Assembly (NCBI GenBank): GCA_034430515.1
Contig: DAOUEP010000035.1
Location: 1-49,834, forward strand
Direction of reading: 5' to 3'
Length of the DNA: 49,834 nucleotides
From: Dehalococcoidales bacterium
GTDB lineage: Bacteria > Chloroflexota > Dehalococcoidia > Dehalococcoidales > RBG-16-60-22
In this document: piece by piece, positions 34,455 to 44,607 of the stretch
How the letters are laid out: every line of letters begins with the position of its first letter
Position numbering within the stretch: the stretch's first letter is position 1
Translations under genes and position numbers: made by a program
Notes under the pieces: model-generated
The model's input: the letters and a program-made list of their open reading frames with translations, nothing else
Database searches by the model: none
Told to the model about the DNA's origin: nothing

Positions 34455-36191
34455 TCAGGGACGGCGGGGCAGGCTGAAACGGAAGGTGGAGCCTTTGCCC
34501 AACCGGCTTTCGACGCCGATATCACCGCCGTGGGCGGCCACGGTATGCTTGGCGATGGCCAGCCCCAGGCCGCTGCCGCCGCCGCTGCGGGCCTTATCGG
34601 CCTTGTAGAAGCGCTCGAAGACGTGGGGCAGGTCTTCCGCCGGGATGCCGATGCCGCTGTCGGCGACGCTGACGCTGACCGAGCGCTTGTCGAAGCTGGT
34701 GGCGGCGGTCACCTTGCCGCCGGGGCGGTTGAACTTGATGGCGTTGTGGACGAGGTTGACGATGGTCTGGCGGATGCGGTCGCGGTCGGCGGAGACTTCG
34801 GGCAGGTCGGGGGCCAGCTCTCTGAGCAAAGTGACCTGAACCCTTTCGGCCAGGGGCTTGAGGTCGTTAAGCACGCCGTCCACCAGGGCGTTGAGGTCGA
34901 CCGGCTCAATCTTGAGCTCGGCCTGGCCGGTCTCGATGCGGGAAAGCTGGGTAAGCTCGGTGACTATCTGGGTGAGGCGGTCGGCCTCGCCGACGATTTT
35001 GGCCAGAAATCCTGCGGCGGCCTTTTTATCTTCGCTGGCGCCGCCCTGGAGCGTTTCGGCCATGGCCTTGATGCCGGCGATGGGCGTCCGCAGCTCGTGC
35101 GAGATATTGCCGATGAGTTCCCGACGCATCGTCTGGAGGTCTTTAAGCTCGGTCAAATCCTGCAGCAGGAGCAGCCCGCCGCCTTCGCCGGTGGGGACGG
35201 CGATGGCCCGCAGGAAACGCCGCGTGAAGGTGGACTCGAACTGGATGTTTTGCTCCCGCCCGGTCTTAAGGCAGCGCTTGAGCACCTCGTCGGCCTGGTG
35301 GTCGTGGACGACCTCGATGAGGGGCCGGCCGGCGGCCTCGGCGGCCTCGAAGCCGAAGAGCCGCCCCGCCGCCGGATTGGCCAGGGCCACCTTCCCCCCG
35401 GCGTCGGTCATGACGACGCCGTCGGCCATGTTGTCCAGGATGTCGGCCAGGTTGGTCTTTTCGGTGGAGATGGCCGCCACCGTTTCCTGTAAATTGGCGG
35501 ACATCTCGTTAAAGGCGTGGGCCAGCTGGCCGATTTCGCCCCGGTCCGCCACGGCAATCCGCCGCCCCAGGTCGCCGGCGGCTATCCCCCGGGCGGCCCC
35601 GGTAAGCTGGCGGATGGGGCGCGTCGTGGTGCGGGCGATGAGCCAGGCCGCCAGCACCGCCAGCGCCGCGATGATGACCGTTACCAGGATAATCGTCCGC
35701 GTTACGCGGCCCACGATGGCCTCCACCTCGGTGGTGGGCAGCGCCACCCGGGCGATACCCAGTAATTCGTCCCCGGCGGTGACCGGCACGGCCACGTAGA
35801 GCATCGACTGCTCCAGGGTGGTGGAAAAGCGCTGGCTCTCCCCGATGCCGCTGGACAGGGCGGCGATGACCTCGGGGCGGCCGGCGTGGTTTTCCATGGC
35901 GGCGGGGTCTTCCCGCGAGTCGCCCAGGACGGTGCCGTCCGGGGCGATAATGGTGATGCGGCTGTCGATTTCCTCCCCCAGCCGCTTGGCCATGGCGTCG
36001 GCGTCGCCGCCGGCCGCCAGCACCGCCCCGGCCGTCTCCGCCGCCAGCCGCGCCTCCCGCTCCAGGTCTAGGCGCAGGTTATCCAGCTGGGAGCCCCTCA
36101 CCGCGCTGGTGAGGTAAATCCCCAGCACGGTCATGCTGGCCACGATGAGGACGATAAAGGGGACGGCGATGCGCCACTGGATGCTGCGCAA
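34455..36191 (-). CDS. Sensor histidine kinase, PhoR/VicK-like (TM, extracytoplasmic loop, TM, HAMP, PAS, HisKA, HATPase)
   Basis: 578 aa. HAMP segment [19 protein letters not shown]-box [14 protein letters not shown], and [25 protein letters not shown]. Confidence 0.9.
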   Translation of the reverse strand: MRSIQWRIAVPFIVLIVASMTVLGIYLTSAVRGSQLDNLRLDLEREARLAAETAGAVLAAGGDADAMAKRLGEEIDSRITIIAPDGTVLGDSREDPAAMENHAGRPEVIAALSSGIGESQRFSTTLEQSMLYVAVPVTAGDELLGIARVALPTTEVEAIVGRVTRTIILVTVIIAALAVLAAWLIARTTTRPIRQLTGAARGIAAGDLGRRIAVADRGEIGQLAHAFNEMSANLQETVAAISTEKTNLADILDNMADGVVMTDAGGKVALANPAAGRLFGFEAAEAAGRPLIEVVHDHQADEVLKRCLKTGREQNIQFESTFTRRFLRAIAVPTGEGGGLLLLQDLTELKDLQTMRRELIGNISHELRTPIAGIKAMAETLQGGASEDKKAAAGFLAKIVGEADRLTQIVTELTQLSRIETGQAELKIEPVDLNALVDGVLNDLKPLAERVQVTLLRELAPDLPEVSADRDRIRQTIVNLVHNAIKFNRPGGKVTAATSFDKRSVSVSVADSGIGIPAEDLPHVFERFYKADKARSGGGSGLGLAIAKHTVAAHGGDIGVESRLGKGSTFRFSLPRRP

Positions 36192-36193
36192 AT

Positions 36194-36892
<699 letters not shown>

Positions 36893-36904
36893 CGGGATTC
36901 CTCT

Positions 36905-37657
36905 TCAGCCGTTGCGGTATTCCTGCTGTATTTCCTCCATGATTCTGGCGGCGAATTCGCCCCGCTCCGCCTCGCCGAGGGCGGTCATCGGGAGCACCCA
37001 TTCCATCTCCCGAAGATTGTCCAGCAGCATGGGGATTAAATCGAAGGGGACGGAGATGACGAACAGCCCTTCGGGCAGTATTTTTTGCATCCTGAAGCCG
37101 TAGCCGATGCCGGTGACGGTGTAGTTCAGCTCGCCGCTGAGGTACGGGTAGGCGAAGAGCCAGGCGCACATCAGCACCGGCGTAATTTTGGAGGTCAGCG
37201 GTTTGCCGGTGGAATAGCTCAATGCCCGGAGCAGTATCTCCGCCTGGGAGGGCGCGGCGGTGAGGATGAGCAAATCCGGCGCGAAGGACAGCTTGTCCAC
37301 GGAGGAGAAGGCCACGTACCGGACGGTGTCAGGGGCGAATTTCTGGATGTGGTGGTATATCCGGCGGTTGGCGCGCGCCTCCTGGTAAATCCGCTCCTTG
37401 GCGCCAATCTGGCCGCTCTCCATCGTCGGCTCGGGCGCCACCATGCCCAGCACCAGCCGGTCCACGCAGGTAAAGGTATCCTTGTCGGCGTAAAAGGGGG
37501 GGCTTGTCTGCGCCTCCCCGAACAGGCGGCAGATGGGCAGCTGTTTGGCCGTCCTGGGCAGGCCCTCGGGCCGGTTGAGCAGGAACTTGACGCCCACCGG
37601 CTGATACTCGAAGCGGAATTTATCCAGTATGGAGTAGTTCTGCTTGGCGGCTGACAT
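36905..37657 (-). CDS. DUF169 (COG2043)-like protein, first gene of the two-component operon
   Basis: 250 aa. QPVGVKF, YVAFSSV, FAPDLLI and SQAEILLRA. SD GGAGG. The regulator gene follows 12 nt downstream. Confidence 0.6.
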   Translation of the reverse strand: MSAAKQNYSILDKFRFEYQPVGVKFLLNRPEGLPRTAKQLPICRLFGEAQTSPPFYADKDTFTCVDRLVLGMVAPEPTMESGQIGAKERIYQEARANRRIYHHIQKFAPDTVRYVAFSSVDKLSFAPDLLILTAAPSQAEILLRALSYSTGKPLTSKITPVLMCAWLFAYPYLSGELNYTVTGIGYGFRMQKILPEGLFVISVPFDLIPMLLDNLREMEWVLPMTALGEAERGEFAARIMEEIQQEYRNG

Positions 37658-37690
37658 ATCGTCCTCCCCCCGGTGTTATCGGTCTATTAC

Positions 37691-37718
37691 ACTATAACAT
37701 TATTGCCAGCGGTGTAAA
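37691..37718 (-). promoter_or_regulatory. Candidate promoter of the DUF169-RR-HK operon
   Basis: Minus strand TTTACA (37713-37718), 16-nt spacer, TGtTATAGT extended -10 (hexamer at 37691-37696). Confidence 0.5.
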
Positions 37719-37732
37719 ATATCGGCGCGCAT

Positions 37733-37761
37733 TTGACTCCGGTGGGGACATGCACTATGCT
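37733..37761 (+). promoter_or_regulatory. Candidate divergent promoter of the epimerase gene
   Basis: TTGACT (37733-37738), 17-nt spacer, TATGCT (37756-37761). Confidence 0.45.
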
Positions 37762-37816
37762 GCTGGTACGGATACCTTGCTTGCCGATGTAAACAGACGC
37801 CGCCAGCGGGGAGCGC

Positions 37817-38764
37817 ATGAAGAAAAACGTGGCCATTACGGGTGTTTCCGGATACGTCGGCACCGGGCTGCTGGCCCGCCTCGACGGCGATAGCGGCGTG
37901 GGCCAAATCATCGGCATCGATACCCGGGAACCCTGGTACCAGTCCCCCAAACTGGTGTTCTACCGCCGCGATGTCCGCCGTCCCTTCGACGATATTTTCG
38001 CCGCCCATAAGGTGGCTGCGGCGGTGCACCTGGCCTTCGTCCTGCGGCCCACCCGCCGCCCGGCCCTGGCCCGGGAGATAGATATCCAGGGCACGCGGAA
38101 CCTGGTGGCGGCCTGCCGGCAGGCCGGCGTGCGGCACGTCGTCCAGCTGAGCAGCTACACCGTTTACGGCGTCCAACGCGATAGCCCGGCGCCGCTCACC
38201 GAGGCCGCCTTGCGCTGTCCTATGGCCGGCCTCCAGTACGCCCGGGATAAAATCGAGGCTGAGCGCGTCCTGGAGGACTTCGGCGCCGCCCACCGGGACG
38301 TTACCGTCACCGTGCTGCGCAGCGCCCCCATCATGGGGCCCGGCGCCGTCGGCTCGGCGGCCACCATCCTCTTCGAGCTGCCGGTGATGCTGGGTGTGAC
38401 CGGCGGCGACCCTCCGATGCAGTTTGTCCACGAGGACGACCTGGTGAGCCTCATCGCGCTGCTGCTGGCACGGCGGCAGGGGGGCGTCTATAACGTCGCC
38501 GGGAACGGCGCCATCAAGTACAGCCAGGTCGCCCGGCTGGTGGGGAAGAGGCTGCTCAACCTGCCCGCCTGGCTGCTGGAGCCGGCCATCCGGCTGTCCT
38601 GGGCGCTGCATGTCCAGAGCGTTTCTCCCGTCGGCGTCAGCTACATCAAGTACCCGCCGGTGGTCAGCACCGCCCGGCTGGCTGAGGAGCTGGGCTTTCG
38701 GTTCCGCTACTCTTCCCGGCAGGCGCTGGCGGCCTTCGTCCGGGCGTCCCGCTCCGGCCGCTAG
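37817..38764 (+). CDS. NAD-dependent epimerase/dehydratase-family protein
   Basis: 315 aa. N-terminal Rossmann motif VAITGVSGYVGTGL. Confidence 0.8.
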   Translation: MKKNVAITGVSGYVGTGLLARLDGDSGVGQIIGIDTREPWYQSPKLVFYRRDVRRPFDDIFAAHKVAAAVHLAFVLRPTRRPALAREIDIQGTRNLVAACRQAGVRHVVQLSSYTVYGVQRDSPAPLTEAALRCPMAGLQYARDKIEAERVLEDFGAAHRDVTVTVLRSAPIMGPGAVGSAATILFELPVMLGVTGGDPPMQFVHEDDLVSLIALLLARRQGGVYNVAGNGAIKYSQVARLVGKRLLNLPAWLLEPAIRLSWALHVQSVSPVGVSYIKYPPVVSTARLAEELGFRFRYSSRQALAAFVRASRSGR

Positions 38765-38928
38765 CCCGGCCGCCCGCCATTTTCCCTTGACATAACGTTA
38801 GCCAGCTATCCCCGTGTGCGACCGTACACTAATTATTTATATCCCCGGGCGAAAAATTTACGTTTTTGTTACACCCAAAATGGTTACATATAAGGTAGTT
38901 AGCTACCGAGAAAAAACAGGTAATAAGG

Positions 38929-41900
38929 ATGAATCTGGCCGAATCTTTTCCTATCTTGCTGCTCATCGTGTCCCTGGCGGCGGCGCTCCTGGTGACGGTG
39001 CTGGCCTGGCGCTACCGGGCCCGGCGCTCCGTCAAGACCTTCTTCGCCGTGATGCTGGCCCTGGACTGGTGGCTGCTCTGCTCGGTGCTGGAAAATAACA
39101 GCACGTCCCTGGCTACTCACGTCTTCTGGATGAACATGAGCTACCTGGGTATTACCCTGCTGCCGGCGCTGTGGCTGCTCTTCACCCTGTATTACACCGA
39201 CAAGGGCGAGTGGTGGCGGCGGCGCGGCCTGCCGTTGCTTTTCATCATCCCGGCGATTACCCTGGTGATGGTCTGGACCAACGGCTGGCACCACCTGATG
39301 TGGAGCGACGTCAGCCTGGATACCAGCGTCTATCCGCCGCTGAAAATATTCACCTTCCATACCTGGTTCTGGGTACACGCCTTTTACTCCTACGCGCTGC
39401 TGATTATCGGGTTCGTGCGGCTGGTGGGTCTCTACGTCCGCACCTCCGGCCTTTACCGCCGGCAGGTCAGGATTATGCTGGCGGCGACCATCGTACCCTG
39501 GGTGGCCAACATCCTCTTTATCTTCGGCGTCGTCCCCAATTTCCCCATCGACCCCACGCCGATGGCCTTTGTCATCACCGGCCTCGCTTTCCTCTGGGGA
39601 TTCTCCCTCGCCAAGCTCCTCAACATAATACCGGTGGCCTACGAGGCCATTTTTAGGAGCATCAGCGACGGCGTCATCGTCATCGACGCTCAAAACCGCA
39701 TCCGGCAGTTCAATCCCGCGGCGGCGCGGATACTGCCCGCCGGCGAGGCCGGCCTTACTGGCAAAAAGCTCGGCCAGGTAATCCCGGCGCGGGCGTATAT
39801 CTCGGAGACCCTGGCCGATAGCGGCCGCTCCGGGACAGTTATCTCGCTGGGGACGGGCCACCAGGCGCGTTTTTACAAAGTCAGCGTCACGGCCATTTCC
39901 GACGGGCAGAACGTCAGCGGGCGGATGGTGCTCCTCCACGACGACACCGAGCGCCGCAAGGCCGAAAACGAGTCCCGCGAGAAGGTCCTGCTCAAGACCG
40001 AGTTGAACGAGCGGAAAAAGACCGAGCGGCTGCAGCACGACGAGAACTACGTGCTCACGCTGATGAGCCGGGGGGCGAAGCTAAACGAGATACTGGACGC
40101 CATCGTGCGGCTGGTGGAAGCGCACAATACCAACATCATCGGCTCGATTTTGCTCTACGACAAGTCCAGCGCCATGCTTCTCCCCGCCGCGTGCCCCAGC
40201 CTGCCCGCCAACCTGGTCACCCTGTTCAAGGACGGCGTGCCCGTCGGCCCCGAGTCGGGTGCCTGCGCCGCCGCCGCCTTCCGCAAGGAGAGGGTCATCG
40301 TCCCGGATATCCGCCAGAGCCCCCTCTTCGACGTCAACCGGGCCGCCCTCCGCAAGGCCACCCGGAACAAGCTGCTCGCCTGCTGGTCGGAGCCCATCAT
40401 CAGCTCCAACGGCGAAATCCTGGGCACCATCGCCAACTATCAGGGCAAAGTGGGCGAGCCGGACGCCGATGACCTCAAGGTGCTGGAGTGGTCGGCCCGT
40501 ATCGCCGCCATCGCCATCGAGCAGCGGCGGAGCGAGCAGGCCCTGGCCGACGAAGCGGTGCGGCGGCGCATCCTCATCGAGCAGTCCAGCGATGGCATCG
40601 TCGTCCTCGACCAGAGCGGCCGCGTCTACGAGGCCAACCAGCGCTTTGCCGATATGCTGGGCTACTCCCTGGAGGAAGCCCGCCAGCTCAGTGTCTGGGA
40701 CTGGGAGGCCGACTACCCGCGCGAGCAAGTGGTCGAGATGATTAACACCGTTGACGAGAACGGCGACCACTTCGAGACACGGCACCGCCGCAAGGACGAC
40801 AGCTTCTACGACGTGGAAATAAGCACCAACGGCGCCGCGTTCGCCGGGCGAAAGCTCATCTTCTGCGTCTGCCGCGACATTACCGAGCGCAAGCGGGCCG
40901 AGGAGGCACTGCGCGAATCGGAGGAAAAATTCTCCAAGGCCTTCCGCTCCAGCCCCAACTCTATCTGCATCAGCACGCTGGAGGACGGGACCTTCCTGGA
41001 GGTCAACGACAGTTTCACGCGCGATACCGGCTGGACGCGTCAGGAGACCATCGGCCACAGCTCCCTGGAGCTGGGTCTGTGGGCCGACCCCGAGGAGCGG
41101 GAGAGGATATTAGGGAAGATGCACCGGGACGGCCGGGTGGTGAACGAGGAGTACCGCTGCCGCATCAAGTCCGGCGAAATCCGCACCCAGCTGTTCTCCG
41201 CCGAGCCGATTAGCTTCGACGGGAAGGACTGCATCCTGGCGGTTACCGCCGACATTACCGAACGCAAGCAAATGGAGGAAAAGATACGGGAGTCCGAGGA
41301 AAAGTATCACATGATTTTCGAATCGGGCAACGATATCATCATCCTCCTGGATAAAAAGGGTAAAATCATCGATATCAACCAGCAGATTACCACCATCGGC
41401 GGTTACGACCGTAACGAGCTGCTGGGCGAGCATTTCCGGACGCTCACCAAGCTAATGCCCCCAAAAAGCCTTGCTATTATCGCCAAGAATTTCATGCTGC
41501 GGCTGCTGGGGGCCAAAGTGCCGACTTACGAGGTCGAGATGTACCGCGCCAACGGCGAGCGGCTGAATGTGGAAATCAACGCCGTGGTAATTAAGGACAA
41601 CGACAAGCCCATCGGTACCCTGGCCACGCTGCGGGACGTTACCGAGCGCCGCAAGTCCGAGTCCGCCCTGCGCTACCAGCGGGAGCTCATCGGCCAAATT
41701 ATCGCCACCATCCCCAACGCCGTCCTCGTCACCAACAAGGATAAAGAGGTGCTGCTGGCCAACAATACCTTTTACCAGACCTTCGGCCTGACCAAAGAGG
41801 ACATCGAAAACAAGCCGGTAACCAGGGCGCTCCGGGTCAAAGAGTTCAGCGATGCCCTCACCGCCATCATCAAGACCAGGGAAAAGAGCCTCTCCTTTGA

Positions 41901-42708
41901 GTTCCGCTACCGGCTCCAGAACGTCGGGCACATCTTCGCCGCCGGTATCGTCAAGATGGAAAACAACCGCTACCTCATCTTCATGAACGATGTTACCGAG
42001 GAGCGGGAGAAACAGGAGCGGCTCTACCTTACCGACCGGCTGGCCTCGGTGGGCGAGATGGCCTCCGGCGTGGCCCACGAGCTGAACAACCCCCTCACCA
42101 GCATCATCGGCCTCTCCGGCCTGCTGATTCGCCAGGAGATGCCCGCGGAGCAGCGGGAAGACCTGGTGGCCGTCCACGCCGAGGCGGAGCGTTGCGCCGC
42201 CATCGTCAAGAACCTGCTCACCTTCGCCCGCAAGCACGCCCCCAAGCGGGAGCCGATCCAGGTCACTAAAATCCTGGAGGACGTCCTCAAGCTGCGGGCC
42301 TACGAGCAGCGCGGCCAGAACATCACCATCCAGACCGATTTCGCCCCCGACCTGCCGGAGGTGCTGGCCGACTATTTCCAGATGCAGCAGGTCTTTCTCA
42401 ATATCATCCTTAACGCCGAAATGGCCATGGTGGACGCCCACGGCCGCGGCACCCTGAAAATCACCAGCCGCCGGGTCGACAGCCACGTTGACATCTCCTT
42501 TAAGGACGACGGCCCGGGCATCGCCAAGGAGAACCTGGGGCTCATCTTCAACCCCTTCTTCACCACCAAGGAGGTGGGCAAGGGCACCGGCCTGGGCCTC
42601 AGCATCAGCTACGGCATCGTCGCTTCCCACGGGGGGAGGATATACGCCAAAAGCCCGTCCGCGCGAGGGACCACCTTCGTCGTCGAGCTGCCGGTGCTCA
42701 AGAACTAG
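38929..42708 (+). CDS. Multi-sensor histidine kinase with an N-terminal 7TM sensor module, PAS, GAF, several PAS, HisKA and HATPase
   Basis: 1259 aa with seven N-terminal TM helices (HisKA_7TM-like). H-box AHELNNPLTSIIGL, and DDGPGI, GTGLGLSISYGIV. Confidence 0.9.
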   Translation: MNLAESFPILLLIVSLAAALLVTVLAWRYRARRSVKTFFAVMLALDWWLLCSVLENNSTSLATHVFWMNMSYLGITLLPALWLLFTLYYTDKGEWWRRRGLPLLFIIPAITLVMVWTNGWHHLMWSDVSLDTSVYPPLKIFTFHTWFWVHAFYSYALLIIGFVRLVGLYVRTSGLYRRQVRIMLAATIVPWVANILFIFGVVPNFPIDPTPMAFVITGLAFLWGFSLAKLLNIIPVAYEAIFRSISDGVIVIDAQNRIRQFNPAAARILPAGEAGLTGKKLGQVIPARAYISETLADSGRSGTVISLGTGHQARFYKVSVTAISDGQNVSGRMVLLHDDTERRKAENESREKVLLKTELNERKKTERLQHDENYVLTLMSRGAKLNEILDAIVRLVEAHNTNIIGSILLYDKSSAMLLPAACPSLPANLVTLFKDGVPVGPESGACAAAAFRKERVIVPDIRQSPLFDVNRAALRKATRNKLLACWSEPIISSNGEILGTIANYQGKVGEPDADDLKVLEWSARIAAIAIEQRRSEQALADEAVRRRILIEQSSDGIVVLDQSGRVYEANQRFADMLGYSLEEARQLSVWDWEADYPREQVVEMINTVDENGDHFETRHRRKDDSFYDVEISTNGAAFAGRKLIFCVCRDITERKRAEEALRESEEKFSKAFRSSPNSICISTLEDGTFLEVNDSFTRDTGWTRQETIGHSSLELGLWADPEERERILGKMHRDGRVVNEEYRCRIKSGEIRTQLFSAEPISFDGKDCILAVTADITERKQMEEKIRESEEKYHMIFESGNDIIILLDKKGKIIDINQQITTIGGYDRNELLGEHFRTLTKLMPPKSLAIIAKNFMLRLLGAKVPTYEVEMYRANGERLNVEINAVVIKDNDKPIGTLATLRDVTERRKSESALRYQRELIGQIIATIPNAVLVTNKDKEVLLANNTFYQTFGLTKEDIENKPVTRALRVKEFSDALTAIIKTREKSLSFEFRYRLQNVGHIFAAGIVKMENNRYLIFMNDVTEEREKQERLYLTDRLASVGEMASGVAHELNNPLTSIIGLSGLLIRQEMPAEQREDLVAVHAEAERCAAIVKNLLTFARKHAPKREPIQVTKILEDVLKLRAYEQRGQNITIQTDFAPDLPEVLADYFQMQQVFLNIILNAEMAMVDAHGRGTLKITSRRVDSHVDISFKDDGPGIAKENLGLIFNPFFTTKEVGKGTGLGLSISYGIVASHGGRIYAKSPSARGTTFVVELPVLKN

Positions 42709-42718
42709 GGAGACCGTG

Positions 42719-43120
42719 ATGGTAAAGGCAAATAAGGCTAAAAAGAGAATACTGGTGATTGAGGACGAGGTCGTCCTGGGCCGGCTCTGCCAGCGCGTGC
42801 TTACCGCCGCCGGCTACGAGGTGGACTGGGTCGGCAGCGGGCTGACCGCCCGGGAAAAGGCCCGGGCCCGGCATTACGACCTCTGCGTCTCCGATATCCG
42901 CCTGCCGGGGCTGACCGGCATCCAGCTTTACGAGCAGTGGCGGGACAGCGGCCACTCCCTGGCAAAGCACATTATATTTATCACCGGAGACACCCTGAAT
43001 AACACCGTCCGGGACTTTCTGGAGAGGGCCGGGCGCCCCTACCTGATGAAGCCCTTCGACCTGGAAGATCTCGGCGCCGCCGTGGACCGGGCCCTGGCCC
43101 CGGTGGGTCTGGCCCGATAA
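42719..43120 (+). CDS. Single-domain receiver protein
   Basis: ATG at 42719 after GGGAGA. ILVIEDE, LCVSDIRLPG and LMKPF. The longer track ORF (from 42488) overlaps the kinase 3-prime end. Confidence 0.8.
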   Translation: MVKANKAKKRILVIEDEVVLGRLCQRVLTAAGYEVDWVGSGLTAREKARARHYDLCVSDIRLPGLTGIQLYEQWRDSGHSLAKHIIFITGDTLNNTVRDFLERAGRPYLMKPFDLEDLGAAVDRALAPVGLAR

Positions 43121-43134
43121 AGGAGGAACAGGAA

Positions 43135-44145
43135 ATGGTTAAGGAAGCCAAACAGCCCTCGGTACTCATCGTCGACGACGAAGCGCTGGTGCGCCGGACG
43201 ATACGCAAGAGTCTGGCCAGCGAAGGCTTTATCTGCTATGAGGCGGAAAGCGCCGAGAAGGCCATGGAGTGCATGCGCGCCCGGCCCGCCGAGGTGGTGA
43301 TTCTGGATATCAAGATGCCGGGCAAGACGGGTAAGGAGCTGCTGCCGGAAATCAGCGCCGTCTTCCCCGATGCGGCCATTATCATGGCCACCGCCGACGT
43401 TGAGCCGGCCACCATCGTCGAGTGCCTCAAGAACGGCGCCCGCGACTATATTACCAAGCCCTTCAGCGCCGAGCAGATTGTCGAGGGCATCCGGACGATG
43501 CTGGAGAAGAAACGGATGGAGTACGAGCTTGAGCAGCACCGGGGCCGGCTGGAAGGCAAGCTGGAAGAGAAGACCGGCGAGCTCCAGAAGCTCTTCGCCG
43601 GCGCCATCGAATCGCTGGTGGTGGCCCTGGAGGCCAAGGACGAGTACACCGCCGGGCATTCCCGCCGCGTTACCGATATGGCCGTCCGCATCGGCGAGGC
43701 CATGGGCTTGGCCGGGGCCGAGCTGGAAGACCTGCGCTGGGCGGCCCTGCTCCACGACATCGGCAAAATCGGCATCGACCCGACCGTCCTCAACAAGCCG
43801 GGCAAGCTCACGCCGGACGAGTACCGCTACATCCTCAACCACACCAATATCGGCTCCGGCATCGTGCAGTCGCTGGTCAACGAAAAGATTGTGGCCATCA
43901 TCAAGCACCACCACGACCACTACGACGGCGGCACGCCCGGCCAGCGGGTTCGCGGTAAGAAAATACCCCTGGGGGCGCGCATCCTGGCCCTGGCCGATAC
44001 CTACGACGCCATGACCTCCGACCGTCCCTACCGCCGCGCCCTTCCCGCCGCCAAAGCGATTACGGAGATTGAGCGCTGCGCCGGCTCGCAGCTCGACCCG
44101 GCGGTGGTCAAAGCCTTTCTGGCGATGGACGTCCCGGAGCGATAA
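43135..44145 (+). CDS. Response regulator with an HD-GYP-type phosphohydrolase output (variant GYP motif)
   Basis: 336 aa. REC (VLIVDDE, VVILDIKMPG, YITKPF) plus an HD domain (HSRRV, LLHDIGK, HHHDHYDGGTPGQ). Confidence 0.8.
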   Translation: MVKEAKQPSVLIVDDEALVRRTIRKSLASEGFICYEAESAEKAMECMRARPAEVVILDIKMPGKTGKELLPEISAVFPDAAIIMATADVEPATIVECLKNGARDYITKPFSAEQIVEGIRTMLEKKRMEYELEQHRGRLEGKLEEKTGELQKLFAGAIESLVVALEAKDEYTAGHSRRVTDMAVRIGEAMGLAGAELEDLRWAALLHDIGKIGIDPTVLNKPGKLTPDEYRYILNHTNIGSGIVQSLVNEKIVAIIKHHHDHYDGGTPGQRVRGKKIPLGARILALADTYDAMTSDRPYRRALPAAKAITEIERCAGSQLDPAVVKAFLAMDVPER

Positions 44146-44153
44146 CCGCCCGC

Positions 44154-44588
44154 TTACTTTTTGACCGGCCGGCCGGATGCCTCCGGGGTGAGCCGGGCGT
44201 CGATGAATATCAGCGGTTTGCTGATGCGCTTGACCACCAGCGGGCAGTGGTACATCCCCTTGGGAATAAAGGTGTAGCAGGGGTAGTTTATCTTTTCCAC
44301 CCGGCCGTCCAGCTCAAACTCGACATCGGCGTCAAAGTCCAGGAAGTTCCGGGGGTCGCCGCCGATGAGGAAGATGTACTGGTCGAAAGGGTGCTGGTGG
44401 GAAGGCCCGCCTAACGATTCGGGCTTGGTGACGTAGGCGAAGCCGACGGCCAGGTTGGATTCGGGGATGTCCTTGCCGCCCAGGGCGGTAATCATCGGCG
44501 CGGTGATGGTGTCGTGGATGGACTGCCACGGCTGAAACTCGACGATATTCGGGCCGTGCCTGATGTTCTTGAGATGTTCTAAATCCAT
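44154..44588 (-). CDS. Small metal-binding cupin of unknown function (paralog of 17854..18261)
   Basis: ATG at 44588 with AAGGAGG upstream, 144 aa. HQHPFDQYIFLIG and IPKGMYHCP cupin motifs. The track start at 44711 overlaps the upstream gene. Confidence 0.65.
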   Translation of the reverse strand: MDLEHLKNIRHGPNIVEFQPWQSIHDTITAPMITALGGKDIPESNLAVGFAYVTKPESLGGPSHQHPFDQYIFLIGGDPRNFLDFDADVEFELDGRVEKINYPCYTFIPKGMYHCPLVVKRISKPLIFIDARLTPEASGRPVKK

Positions 44589-44607
44589 ATTTGCCTCCTT
44601 GGTATCC

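Noticed and set aside
42488-42718. Long upstream extension of the REC-only ORF
   Set aside because: It overlaps the HATPase end of the kinase in another frame. A GGGAGA SD and an ATG at 42719 give a normal receiver N-terminus.
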